From positions 11,884-75,883 of the forward strand of contig CANPXH010000008.1 of assembly GCA_947585865.1 (NCBI GenBank): a stretch of 64,000 bases of DNA, written 5' to 3'. This stretch comes from an uncultured Clostridia bacterium. Lineage in GTDB: Bacteria > Bacillota > Clostridia > Lachnospirales > CAG-274. The position numbers and the translations under genes were made by a program. This document shows positions 40,366 through 50,312 of this stretch, piece after piece. Position 1 is the stretch's first letter; each line of letters opens with the position of its first letter. A model generated the notes under the pieces. The model saw only the letters and a program-made list of their open reading frames with translations, was not told the origin of the DNA and searched no databases.

Positions 40366-40937
40366 ATCCTTCTTCTGCCTTTCTTTTGCACCGAGTATCC
40401 GAATTTTCCTATATATTTGCCAAGACCGTAATATTCGCCGTGAGCATAGCATATTGGTCTGCTTGCGGCAAAGTCAAATCTGCCCTTGTTATCCATATAT
40501 TTTTCATCTGCCATAACTCCTACCACATCGGCGATAAACATATCGTGAACGCCAAGGGAAATGATTTTTTTGACCCTGCATTCTATGCTCAGAGGACTTT
40601 CGGCTATTATAGGGCAGTCCAAATGCGCCGCCTTTTCCTTGGTCAGTTTCATTTCTGCGAATTTATCGTGGTCTCTTCCGCTTTTCACGCCGCACCAGTC
40701 TGTGGCATAGGCAAGATTTTCGGTAGTAACGTTTATGACAAATTCTCCTCTTTCCTTTATAATATCGTGGGAATATCTTTCCTTCCTCACGGATATATAT
40801 GTCATGGCGGGATCGGAATTGATGATACCTGTCCATGCTATCGTTATTATGTTGCTCTTTTCCATATCGCCGCAGCTTACCATTACTGCCGGTACGGGAT
40901 AAAGTACGGTACCGGGTTTCCATATCTGCTTTGCCAT
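40362..40937 (-). CDS. Flavin reductase-like FMN-binding (split-barrel) protein
   Basis: LYPVPAVMVSCGD...NIITIAWTG signature of the flavin reductase family. Confidence 0.8.
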   Translation of the reverse strand: MAKQIWKPGTVLYPVPAVMVSCGDMEKSNIITIAWTGIINSDPAMTYISVRKERYSHDIIKERGEFVINVTTENLAYATDWCGVKSGRDHDKFAEMKLTKEKAAHLDCPIIAESPLSIECRVKKIISLGVHDMFIADVVGVMADEKYMDNKGRFDFAASRPICYAHGEYYGLGKYIGKFGYSVQKKGRRRI

Positions 40938-41046
40938 CGTATCACCTCTTCACTAAGTATACACTAATATTTGGTGTTTTTCAATATTGATATTATCTCT
41001 TTAAGATGTTAAAATGTATATGATTATGGATTCTGAGAGGGATATT

Positions 41047-42405
41047 ATGAACTTACCGCAGGAATATACGGAAAAAATGAAAAGGCTCTTGGGCAGTGAA
41101 TACGATGATTATGTTGAAAGCTTTAATGAACCGAGGCTGTACGGACTGAGAGCCAACACTCTTAAAATATCAGCCGATGAGCTTAAAAGCAAACTGGATT
41201 GGCAGCTTGAAAATGTGCCGTGGTGCAGGGAGGGGTTTTATTACGATGGGGAAAATGTAAGACCCGCCAAGCATCCCTTTTACAATGCAGGGCTTTTCTA
41301 CATACAGGAGCCTTCGGCCATGTCTGTGGGAGCCATGCTCCCCGTAAGCCCCGGAGACAGGGTCATAGATCTGTGTGCCGCACCGGGAGGCAAAAGCACT
41401 CAGGCGGCGGCAAAGCTTAAAGGAAAGGGCATTATCGTAAGCAACGATATAAGCGCCTCAAGATGTAAGGCTCTTTTAAAAAACATAGAATTGAGCGGCG
41501 TTTCCAACTGCATTATCACCAATGAAGACCCGTCAAGACTGGCGGAGCACTTTGAGGGATTTTTCAACAGGGTGATAGTAGATGCTCCGTGCAGCGGCGA
41601 AGGTATGTTCAGAAAAGACGAGTCTGCTGTCAGAAGCTGGGAGACACATAAGACAGAATTTTGCTGCGGCTTGCAGTGGGAAATACTTAAGGCTGCCGCA
41701 AGGCTTTTAAGCGCAGACGGCATCATTGCCTATTCCACCTGTACATTTGCGCCTGAAGAAGACGAGGGTATGATACAGGAATTCTTAAATGAAAACCCCG
41801 AATTTGAGATAATCGATTTTGACAAAAGCGGAGGCTTTACAGACGGACAGCCTCAGTGGGTAAAAGGCGGGGAGGAATTGAAGAAATGCGGCAGGCTTAT
41901 GCCATACAAGGTAAAGGGCGAAGGGCATTTCCTATGCCTTTTGCACAAGAAAGGCGTTGACTGTTTTTCTCCGCCGCCTAAGGCCAAAACGGCGGATAAC
42001 AAGCTGCTGAAGGATTACTTTGACTTTATGGAAAAATTTATGGCTATAGATATAAAGAACGATCTTGTGCTGCATAAAGAAAGTCTTTTTAAGGTACCCT
42101 ATTGTCTTGAACTAAAGGGCTTAAGGGTAATGCGCAGCGGTCTGTATTTGGGCGAGTGCAAAAAGAACCGCTTTGAACCAAGCCAGGCATTTGCCATGAC
42201 TCTTAAAAAAGAGGATGCAAAAATAAACATAGACTTCGGAGCCGATGATGAAGAGCTGAAAAGATATTTAAGAGGAGAAAGCTTTAATGTAGACTGCGGT
42301 GACGGATGGGCGCTGGTGTGCATAGAAGGTTATCCTTTGGGCTGGGGCAAGGTGCAAAAGGGTCGGTTAAAGAACAAGTATCTGCCAAGCTGGATGAGCT
42401 CATAA
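41047..42405 (+). CDS. RsmF/RsmB-like rRNA cytosine-C5 methyltransferase (NOL1/NOP2/Sun family)
   Basis: FYIQEPSAM, DLCAAPGGKS, DAPCSGEGMFRK and YSTCT motifs. Confidence 0.85.
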   Translation: MNLPQEYTEKMKRLLGSEYDDYVESFNEPRLYGLRANTLKISADELKSKLDWQLENVPWCREGFYYDGENVRPAKHPFYNAGLFYIQEPSAMSVGAMLPVSPGDRVIDLCAAPGGKSTQAAAKLKGKGIIVSNDISASRCKALLKNIELSGVSNCIITNEDPSRLAEHFEGFFNRVIVDAPCSGEGMFRKDESAVRSWETHKTEFCCGLQWEILKAAARLLSADGIIAYSTCTFAPEEDEGMIQEFLNENPEFEIIDFDKSGGFTDGQPQWVKGGEELKKCGRLMPYKVKGEGHFLCLLHKKGVDCFSPPPKAKTADNKLLKDYFDFMEKFMAIDIKNDLVLHKESLFKVPYCLELKGLRVMRSGLYLGECKKNRFEPSQAFAMTLKKEDAKINIDFGADDEELKRYLRGESFNVDCGDGWALVCIEGYPLGWGKVQKGRLKNKYLPSWMSS

Positions 42406-42512
42406 ATTTTTGCCGTATCGCAAATATCATGATATGATTTTTTTTACGCAAAAAAATATCCCCGGCGTACGAATATATTCCGGGGATATTGGCAAAATTG
42501 CAATTATAAAAA

Positions 42513-42593
42513 TGCCGCTGACGGGAGTCGAACCCGTATGGTATTACCGCACGATTTTGAGTCGTGTGCGTCTGCCAATTCCGCCACAGCGGC
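42513..42593 (-). tRNA. tRNA-Leu (anticodon CAA)
   Basis: Cloverleaf read by eye. Acceptor GCCGCTG/CAGCGGC+A, anticodon stem CACGA/TCGTG with loop CTCAAAA, long variable arm, and a GGTTCGACTCC T-loop. No encoded CCA. Confidence 0.85.
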
Positions 42594-42663
42594 ATATGAT
42601 ACGGCCTGTGTTTAAAAGTTTGTTTTATCGGTAAACACAGGGGCAAAAAAAGTTCCGATAAAT

Positions 42664-42692
42664 ATTTTAATATATGGATATGGATTTGTCAA
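42664..42692 (-). promoter_or_regulatory. Promoter for tRNA-Leu
   Basis: On the minus strand, TTGACA then a 17-nt spacer then TAAAAT. Confidence 0.55.
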
Positions 42693-42864
42693 GAAAAAAA
42701 TCGAAGAAAGAGCAATGCCAAGGCAATCTGCCAAGCATATATATTTGAATGCAAAGAAAGGCTCAAAATACTTGTGAGCTCTTGTACGGCAAAGCGCAAA
42801 AAAATTTACTTGCAATACGACTTTAATATGAAGAGCCGAGACGCCATCGTCTCGGCTCATATTG

Positions 42865-43575
42865 TTAATTGCTGTTTATAGGCTGAGATTGAGTTTGAGT
42901 AGGAGTGGGGAGCATACTGCCGATACGTCTTGCAAAATCCACAAGGTTTTGTGTTTGCAGTATGACCTTGCCCGGTCCTTGCAATGTGGTTATGAAAAGT
43001 CCTTCTCCTCCCAAAAAAATGTTCTTAAAGCCCTTCACTCTTTCTATATCGTATGTAACGGAGGAATCAAAGGCGACCACATTACCTGTATCCACCTTGA
43101 TCACCTCTCCCGGAGCAAGCTCCTTTTCAACGGCATCGCCGTCTATTTCCATCCACAGCGTTCCGCTGCCTTCAACTTTTTGCATTATAAATCCTTCGCC
43201 GCCGAAAAGACCTTTCATTATGCCCTTTCTCCATACGGTGGTGATCTGAACGCCGTCTTCCGCACATAAAAATGAGCCTTTTTGCAATATCATCCCGGAA
43301 TGCTCTTCGGCATTTATCGCCATAATACTGCCCGGTGCTGTGGAAGAAAAGCATATAGAAGCATTTGAGCTTGCGCTGTATGTGACCATAAACATGGATT
43401 CGCCGCCAAACGCTCTTGCAAGTCCTTTTATAAATCCGCCTCTTGTGTTGGTATCCATGCTGATATTGTCGCTCATCCACGCCATACCGCCTGATTGAGT
43501 ATAAACCGAATTGCCGGAAGAAAGCTCTATTTCAACTGCCGGCACGGTGGTTCCTATTATTTTGTATTGCATCAT
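42865..43575 (-). CDS. AIM24/TIGR00266-family protein (DUF124)
   Basis: YKIIGTTVPAVEIEL...QSGGMAWM...GGESMF pattern, characteristic of the family. Confidence 0.8.
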   Translation of the reverse strand: MMQYKIIGTTVPAVEIELSSGNSVYTQSGGMAWMSDNISMDTNTRGGFIKGLARAFGGESMFMVTYSASSNASICFSSTAPGSIMAINAEEHSGMILQKGSFLCAEDGVQITTVWRKGIMKGLFGGEGFIMQKVEGSGTLWMEIDGDAVEKELAPGEVIKVDTGNVVAFDSSVTYDIERVKGFKNIFLGGEGLFITTLQGPGKVILQTQNLVDFARRIGSMLPTPTQTQSQPINSN

Positions 43576-43890
43576 CCCGCCTCCTTACGTTATATTTGAT
43601 TTAATTTTACATCTTTAGACATAAATTTTCAAGCTTTTGTTGAACAAGCCCTATACAAAATTTGCCGAAAGACCTATCAAAACAATAATATTCGGCTAAA
43701 CAAGAAAAACAGCCCACGGGGAAGAGCTGTTTTTCCTGAAAATATAAATATAAATTGGGGGGAGGAAAATAACTAACAAAACATTAATTATTTTTCTAAT
43801 AGTATTCTACAATAACAAAATTACTTTGTCAATACTTTTATGAATATTTTGTAAATTTCTTAATGAAATATTCATTATTTGACCTTTTTC

Positions 43891-45471
43891 TTATTTTCTG
43901 TTAAATAAATCGCAAAGATACTTTAAGTTTTTAGCTTGCTCATCATTAATATCGTATTCTGTAAATCTGAACTGCCAGTTGCCTCCCGCCATGCCGGGGG
44001 TATTCATTCTGTCCTCTGTGCCGCAGCCTATTACATCCTGTATGGGAATAATGGAATACTTTGCTGAGGAGGATATGGCATATCTTATAAGATCCCAATT
44101 TATATTTTCACCGCTTACATTAAGGGTGCGCCTTACAAAGTCCTTTGTATCGTCATAGCAGGATCTGTACCAGCCTATGGTAGTATCGTTGTCGTGAGTG
44201 CCTGTGTACACAACATAGTTGTCATGGTCGTAGTTATGGGGCAGATAAGGATTGTCGGGAGAGCCGAAGGCAAATTGAAGTATCTTCATACCGGGAAGCC
44301 CAAGCTTATCCCTTAATTCCAAAACCTCGGGATTAAGGTCGCCGAGATCCTCCGCAATGATATGAAGTGAGCCGAGCTTATTTCTGACAGCATCGAACAT
44401 CTCCGCACCGGGTCCTTTTTTCCACTTGCCGTTGACTGCCGTCTTTTCACCGTTGGGTATTGACCAATAGCTTTCAAATGCCCTGAAGTGATCTATACGC
44501 ACTATGTCTACGATCTCCAGTATTTTTTCCACTCTTTTTATCCACCAATCATAGCCCTGTTCCTTATGTTTTTTCCAGTTGTAAAGAGGGTTGCCCCAAA
44601 GCTGGCCGAATTCGCTGAAGTAATCCGGCGGAACTCCTGCCACCTGTGTCGGGAATCCCTTTGCATTTATGTGGAAAAGCTCCCTGTTTGCCCATGTGTC
44701 GGAACTGTCTCCTGCTACGAATATAGGTATGTCGCCTATTATCTCAATGCCTTTTTTATTGGCGTATTCCTTGACGCTTGCCCATTGGGAATAAAATTCA
44801 AATTGAAGGAATTTATAAAAATCCACATCGTCTTTTAAAAGCTTGCCGTATTCCTTGAGAGCTTCCGGTTTTCTCTCACGAAGAGCGGGAGGAAAGCTGT
44901 TCCAGCTTCCGCCGTAGAAGCAGTCCTTTACGGCGTCGGTGCTCATAAGCTTTGACGCAGCCTTGTAATATGCCTTGTATTCGGCGCTTTCGTAGGTGTT
45001 TTTTCTCTGCTTTATAAAGTGGTTTTTAAGCGCCATAAAAAGACTGTAGTCTTCAAGCCAAAATGAATTTTTCTTACAGAAATCATTGTATTTTCTTGTA
45101 AGGGAGGGTGAGTTCATAGACTTAAAGCCCTTAAAAGCTCTTCTGTAAATTTCATATTTATAGTCTATTACTTTTCCGTACTCTATTTTTCTTTCGTTAA
45201 AATGAGGAGCATAATCTATTTCCTCTTTGCCGATATAATTTTTTTCCGCAAGTATATCGGGGCTGATCATAAGGGGGTTGCCCGCAAATGTGGAAAAGCT
45301 CTGATACGGTGAGTCTCCGAAGCCTGTGTGTCCAAGGGGCAGTATCTGCCACAGGGTCTGACCGCCTTTTTCCATAAAATCTATAAATTTTTTACAATAT
45401 GATCCCATATCGCCTATGCCGTATTTTGAGGGAAAGCTGATGGGATGAGCAAGTATGCCGCATTTTCTCAT
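43891..45471 (-). CDS. malQ: 4-alpha-glucanotransferase (amylomaltase, GH77)
   Basis: GILAHPISFPS...GIGD, SPYQSFS, VRIDHFRAF, IIAEDLG and YTGTHDNDT motifs. Confidence 0.9.
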   Translation of the reverse strand: MRKCGILAHPISFPSKYGIGDMGSYCKKFIDFMEKGGQTLWQILPLGHTGFGDSPYQSFSTFAGNPLMISPDILAEKNYIGKEEIDYAPHFNERKIEYGKVIDYKYEIYRRAFKGFKSMNSPSLTRKYNDFCKKNSFWLEDYSLFMALKNHFIKQRKNTYESAEYKAYYKAASKLMSTDAVKDCFYGGSWNSFPPALRERKPEALKEYGKLLKDDVDFYKFLQFEFYSQWASVKEYANKKGIEIIGDIPIFVAGDSSDTWANRELFHINAKGFPTQVAGVPPDYFSEFGQLWGNPLYNWKKHKEQGYDWWIKRVEKILEIVDIVRIDHFRAFESYWSIPNGEKTAVNGKWKKGPGAEMFDAVRNKLGSLHIIAEDLGDLNPEVLELRDKLGLPGMKILQFAFGSPDNPYLPHNYDHDNYVVYTGTHDNDTTIGWYRSCYDDTKDFVRRTLNVSGENINWDLIRYAISSSAKYSIIPIQDVIGCGTEDRMNTPGMAGGNWQFRFTEYDINDEQAKNLKYLCDLFNRK

Positions 45472-45571
45472 AAAAAACACTTCCTTTTTGAAAAATTTAC
45501 CAATTTATATTCTGATTAAATGCACATAATAAATATGTAAAAAAATTAATTGCAACAAGGAGGACGCAGAA

Positions 45572-45970
45572 ATGCTCAAAAGATTTTTATTTGTCACTCT
45601 TGTATGTCTTACATTTGCCCTTACGGGCTGTAGTTCCGATAATAATAATACCACAAACGGCGGCACCAATGCAAGCGAAACTACCACCGAAAGCTCAGGC
45701 AGTGATACAGGCTCATCAAATGACAATATGGGCGGCACCGGTACAGCCGATAATAACACAAATGGAACAGACAACGGTTCTACAGATTCCATGACAGGCT
45801 CAGACAATGGCGGCAACGTTATGACTCAGGGCAGTGAAATGGGCAATGCTATAGGCAATGCCGTTGAAGATGCAGGCAATGATATAGGTGAGGCAGTCGA
45901 CGGCGTTACCAATGACATTACAGGCAATTCAACGGATAAAGGAAATGCCGGCAATAAAGGCACAAACTAA
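45572..45970 (+). CDS. Low-complexity (Asn/Gly/Thr/Ser/Asp-rich) secreted lipoprotein
   Basis: Signal peptide with lipobox LTGCSS and a GGAGGA RBS. The rest is compositionally biased. Confidence 0.6.
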   Translation: MLKRFLFVTLVCLTFALTGCSSDNNNTTNGGTNASETTTESSGSDTGSSNDNMGGTGTADNNTNGTDNGSTDSMTGSDNGGNVMTQGSEMGNAIGNAVEDAGNDIGEAVDGVTNDITGNSTDKGNAGNKGTN

Positions 45971-46122
45971 CAGAGAGGAGTATTTTACTCCCCTTTTACA
46001 TACAAATACAAATAAAAGAAATAAACGGAAATATCACCGCCGTGTAAATAGGGAGTGTCACAGCGGAAAATACCTCCGTTTTATCTCTTTGTTATAAAAT
46101 GACAAGCCTTAGGCTCAATTGG

Positions 46123-46153
46123 ATTATAAGACATAAAGCTTGCTTTAAGTCAA
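46123..46153 (-). promoter_or_regulatory. MerR-type promoter-like sequence (19-nt spacer with dyad) downstream of the AKR gene
   Basis: On the minus strand, TTGACT then a 19-nt spacer containing TAAAGC-AA-GCTTTA, then TATAAT. Confidence 0.4.
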
Positions 46154-46219
46154 TAGTCTGTATAAAAAAGGTTATTAAGATTATTTTAAGATATGACTCA
46201 TATTCCCGCCTTATGAAAT

Positions 46220-47377
46220 TCAATATCCGAAAATATTTTTGGCTTCCTTCATCTTATTTATTATCTCAACTCCAAAGGGGCAGTTTTGTTCACAGCGGCC
46301 GCATTCGACACATTCTCCCGCATGGTGTTCAAGGAGCCTATAGTGATCGGCTACCGTTTCGGGAACGGTATTCTGTGCCAATGAAAGATTAAGATATTTA
46401 TTGACATCAGCTATATTTATGCCTGCGGTGCAGGGCGCACAATGGCCGCAGTACATACAGTTGCCGTGGAATTTGAATTTCTTCATGCCGGAAAGAACGC
46501 CGGAATAATCTCTTTCCTCCCTTGAGGCAGAGTAGTAGCCTGCCAGCTTTTCCATTTCCCTTTCGGAATGACAGCCTGCCATGACAGAAACAACGGCAGG
46601 TCTTGTAAGGCAGTATTCTATGCACTGATATTCATTGAAGGCAACGCCAAAGGGCGAAAGCTCGGCGCTGAGCATATCTCCTCCGCCGAAGGTCTTCATA
46701 ACATCTATGGCAATGCCTTCCCTTTCGCAGCACTCATAAAGTGCGACCCTGTTGGGATCGGGATTGGCAAAGCCGTTTTTATAATTTTCCGGCTCGAACA
46801 GATCGTCTACATTTTCGCTTGGCGGCTGCATATCATAGGCAGCGTTCACGGAAAACATAAGCACATCTATAAGCCCTGTCTCGATGGCTTTTTTTGCTGC
46901 TTTGGGATTGTGTGAGCTCATTCCCAATGCTCTTATATATCCTTTTTCTTTAAGAGCCACACAGTATTTTATAAACTCTCCCGACAATATTTTATCCAAG
47001 TCGCTTTCGCTGTCTACATAGTGTATCATACCGATATCCAAATAATCTGTGCCAAGTCTTTTAAGCTGGTCGTCAAATGCCTTTTTTGTCTTTTCCGCAT
47101 CTCTTGTTCTCAAATATTGTCCGTTTTCCCATGCTGAGCCTATATGGCCCTGCAGTACGATTTTATCCCTTCGGCCCTTTATTGCGGCGCCAAAGTTATC
47201 CCTGAAGCTTGGGTCTGATGTATACATATCTATAAAGTTGATGCCAAGCTCAAATGCCTTGTCCGTCATAGATCTGTATTCCGCAGGGCTCTTGCCCAAA
47301 AAACCTTCGCAGCCAAGAGCTATCTCGCTCACCTTTATATTGCCGCATCTTTTCAAATGTCTGTACTTCACTTGCAT
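46220..47377 (-). CDS. Aldo/keto reductase fused to a C-terminal 4Fe-4S ferredoxin-type domain
   Basis: AKR core (GINFIDMYTS, GMIHYVD, GMSSHNP). The C-terminus has CMYCGHCAPC and CVECGRCEQNCP clusters. Confidence 0.85.
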   Translation of the reverse strand: MQVKYRHLKRCGNIKVSEIALGCEGFLGKSPAEYRSMTDKAFELGINFIDMYTSDPSFRDNFGAAIKGRRDKIVLQGHIGSAWENGQYLRTRDAEKTKKAFDDQLKRLGTDYLDIGMIHYVDSESDLDKILSGEFIKYCVALKEKGYIRALGMSSHNPKAAKKAIETGLIDVLMFSVNAAYDMQPPSENVDDLFEPENYKNGFANPDPNRVALYECCEREGIAIDVMKTFGGGDMLSAELSPFGVAFNEYQCIEYCLTRPAVVSVMAGCHSEREMEKLAGYYSASREERDYSGVLSGMKKFKFHGNCMYCGHCAPCTAGINIADVNKYLNLSLAQNTVPETVADHYRLLEHHAGECVECGRCEQNCPFGVEIINKMKEAKNIFGY

Positions 47378-47401
47378 CTACCTCCCGTGTCTTATATTTG
47401 T

Positions 47402-47432
47402 ATTTTAGCATTTAAAGAGCACTTTAAGTCAA
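47402..47432 (-). promoter_or_regulatory. MerR-type promoter of the AKR gene (19-nt spacer with dyad)
   Basis: On the minus strand, TTGACT then a 19-nt spacer containing TTAAAG-TGCT-CTTTAA, then TAAAAT. It lies about 25 nt upstream of the RBS. Confidence 0.5.
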
Positions 47433-47520
47433 TACCGTTATGCAATTTCTGATTGACAATTTTACTTATAGCCTTTATTATATAATAAGGGAGAAGTATA
47501 TTAAGACAGGAGGTCAGCCT

Positions 47521-48243
47521 ATGAACAACAAAGAAAAAACAGGAAGGCTCGTTATGGCAGCATTCGTTTTTTTTCTTGCACTTGCTGTATTTATAACTCT
47601 TTTCATGCTTCCTGTGTTTGATATAAAGGATATACAGATAAACGGACTGGACAACCTGACTGCGGAGCAGGTGGAAAATATGCTTACATCCAAGCGAGGA
47701 GACAATATATTCCTTATGAACAAGTCAAAGTCCATAGACAATATATTGGAAAGCCATTATGTGGAATCCGTAAGCATAAACAGGATACTGCCTTCGACTG
47801 TCGTGGTGGATCTTAATGAATATAAGCTCAGAGGCTATGTTCCGTATATGGGCAGCTATCTTTATATAAACGAAAACGGGCTCATACTGGATATACAAAA
47901 AAAGACTACAAAGCAGCTTCCCGTTGTGGAAGGTCTTAAGTTCAATGACTTTACATTGGGCAAGACGCTTAAGGTAGACAATCCATCGGCCTTTGACACA
48001 ATGGTAGAGTTTGCAAAGCTGTTTGAAAAGCATGAGCTTTTGGCAGACGTTATAAGGGTAGACGTAAGCGATGTGAGCAATATCCATTTGTACACAGGCA
48101 AGATAGATGTGGAGTTCGGCTCCTTTGACAATGCCAACAGAAAACTTTCGATGCTGAACGAAGTGCTCAAGCATCTTGATACAAACTATGCCGGCGTGCT
48201 CAATCTGACAGGCGCCAACCCTACGTTCAGATATATGACATAA
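47521..48243 (+). CDS. ftsQ: Cell division protein FtsQ/DivIB
   Basis: Starts at MNNKEK with a CAGGAGG RBS. Single TM segment, then a POTRA-like domain (IQINGLDNLTAEQV). Immediately upstream of ftsZ. Confidence 0.8.
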   Translation: MNNKEKTGRLVMAAFVFFLALAVFITLFMLPVFDIKDIQINGLDNLTAEQVENMLTSKRGDNIFLMNKSKSIDNILESHYVESVSINRILPSTVVVDLNEYKLRGYVPYMGSYLYINENGLILDIQKKTTKQLPVVEGLKFNDFTLGKTLKVDNPSAFDTMVEFAKLFEKHELLADVIRVDVSDVSNIHLYTGKIDVEFGSFDNANRKLSMLNEVLKHLDTNYAGVLNLTGANPTFRYMT

Positions 48244-48398
48244 GCAGTTATTTATGAATTTTTTATTATATTTAGCATAAATATTTTTAAATATTATTTT
48301 TTTACTTGAAAAAATCATCAAAAAATAGTACAATGTCTATAATAGTGTTTTTATGATTGCTTTTTTCCGAAATATAAATTACATAGGAGGTATAACTA

Positions 48399-49520
48399 AT
48401 GATACTTAACGTAACAAACGAAAGCTCAGATGTTGCAAAGATCGTGGTTTTAGGCGTAGGCGGCGGCGGCTGCAATGCTGTCAACAGAATGCTTAGCTTA
48501 AATCCCGATTATATCGATTTTATTGCAGTTAATACAGATGCCACTGCTCTTGACAATTCACTTGCCAAGAGGAAAATAAAAATAGGCGCCAAGCTTACAA
48601 AGGGATTGGGCGCAGGCGGCAGACCTGAGATCGGCGCAAAAGCTGCCGAGGAGACGGCTCCCGAAATTTCTCAGGCTCTTGAAGGCGTTGATATGGTGTT
48701 TATCACCGCAGGCATGGGCGGCGGCACAGGTACAGGCGCCGCACCTATAGTTGCAAGAATAGCAAGAGAAATGGGCATACTTACCGTAGCAGTGGTCACA
48801 AAGCCATTTAAATTCGAGGGCCCCAAGAGAATGAGATATGCCAATGAGGGCATAGAGAATCTTCGTACAAACGTGGATACGCTTATCGTTATCCCCAATC
48901 AGAAGCTTATAGAAACGGCAGACAAGTCAACTACCATGAAGGATGCCTTCCTTATGGCGGACAATGTTCTTCAGCAGGGCGTTACAGGTATATCAGATCT
49001 TATTACAAAGCCCGGCGAGATCAATCTTGACTTTGCCGATGTATGCACGGTTATGCGTGATCAGGGCCTTGCACACTTCGGTATCGGCAGAAGCGACAAT
49101 ATCGAAGAGGCTGCTCAGAAGGCTGTCAGTTCACCGCTGCTTGAAACTTCCATCAAGGGTGCCAAGAGCGTTATCGTCAACTTTACAAGCGGCCCCGATC
49201 TTAATCTTCTTGAGGCAAGCGCTGCGGCAGATTCTATTTCAGACAGCCTTGACCCCAATGCGGAATTCATATTCGGTACTGCCATAAATGATAATCTGGA
49301 AGGAGAGGTCGTTGTTACAGTTATTGCAACAGGACTTGTGTCCGACGATCCGACACTTTCCAAGCCCCAGGCCGCAACGGTAGCCGAGCCTGAAAGCAGC
49401 ACGCCTTCAAATACAGGCTCAGGCTTTTCAAGCAGGTTTTCTGCTCCGGTAATTGAAGATGATGAAGATGATACTCCGGCAACAGAGTTGAACATACCTA
49501 CATTTCTTCGTAAGAGATAA
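48399..49520 (+). CDS. ftsZ: Cell division GTPase FtsZ
   Basis: [11 protein letters not shown] and [12 protein letters not shown] tubulin signature, with a conserved C-terminal peptide (IPTFLRK). Confidence 0.97.
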   Translation: MILNVTNESSDVAKIVVLGVGGGGCNAVNRMLSLNPDYIDFIAVNTDATALDNSLAKRKIKIGAKLTKGLGAGGRPEIGAKAAEETAPEISQALEGVDMVFITAGMGGGTGTGAAPIVARIAREMGILTVAVVTKPFKFEGPKRMRYANEGIENLRTNVDTLIVIPNQKLIETADKSTTMKDAFLMADNVLQQGVTGISDLITKPGEINLDFADVCTVMRDQGLAHFGIGRSDNIEEAAQKAVSSPLLETSIKGAKSVIVNFTSGPDLNLLEASAAADSISDSLDPNAEFIFGTAINDNLEGEVVVTVIATGLVSDDPTLSKPQAATVAEPESSTPSNTGSGFSSRFSAPVIEDDEDDTPATELNIPTFLRKR

Positions 49521-49581
49521 TAATACAATTTAAACAGGGCTGATTTTTTTCAGTCCTGTTTTATATTAAGGAGCGGTGTAT

Positions 49582-50247
49582 ATGATGAGAACAAGGCTTG
49601 CCGACAGGGAGCTTCCGCAGTACAGCATGGGCGAGGAAATATTCAATATGGTCAGTCACATAGTAGGCGGAGCGCTGAGCATAATGGCTCTTGTGCTTTG
49701 TATAATCGTAGCCGCACTGCACCATAACGGCTACGGAGTAATAGCATCCGTCATATATGGCATAACCATGATATGCCTTTATACTATGTCCAGTATATAT
49801 CACGGACTTCATCAATGTACAGGCAAGAAAGTGATGCAGGTGATAGACCACTGCACTATATACTTTATGATAGCAGGCTCATATATGCCTGTTGTATTCT
49901 GCCAGATCAGGGAAGAAAGCGTGGTGCTCAGCTGGATAATATTTGCCATAGAATGGGGGCTTGTGGTGATAGCCACCACACTCACAGCCATAGATCTTAA
50001 AAAATACAGGGTGTTCTCTATGGTGTGCTATATAGGCATGGGCTGGATAATAATATTTTTTGTAAAGCTTTTGATAGAGACAATAGGTATGGCTGGCGTC
50101 ATATGGTTTCTTATAGGCGGCATACTCTATACCATAGGCGCCGTTATATACGGCTTTAAGAGAAAATATGCCCACTGTATATTCCATGTTTTTGTAATAC
50201 TTGGCAGCATAGCTCATTTCTTTGCCATTATTTTATATGTACTTTGA
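49582..50247 (+). CDS. Hemolysin III / PAQR-family membrane protein
   Basis: Seven TM segments. EEIFNMVSH, SSIYH and HxFV motifs are typical of YplQ/Hly-III. Confidence 0.85.
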   Translation: MMRTRLADRELPQYSMGEEIFNMVSHIVGGALSIMALVLCIIVAALHHNGYGVIASVIYGITMICLYTMSSIYHGLHQCTGKKVMQVIDHCTIYFMIAGSYMPVVFCQIREESVVLSWIIFAIEWGLVVIATTLTAIDLKKYRVFSMVCYIGMGWIIIFFVKLLIETIGMAGVIWFLIGGILYTIGAVIYGFKRKYAHCIFHVFVILGSIAHFFAIILYVL

Positions 50248-50312
50248 TATATGATGTATATTTTTTATTGAAATACAAAAAATACTCCCAAACGATGAAA
50301 GGGAGTATTTTT

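Noticed and set aside
45505-45816. Minus-strand 103-aa ORF opposite the low-complexity lipoprotein gene.
   Set aside because: It is a mirror-image artefact of the compositionally biased plus-strand gene. The plus-strand gene has the signal peptide, lipobox and RBS.
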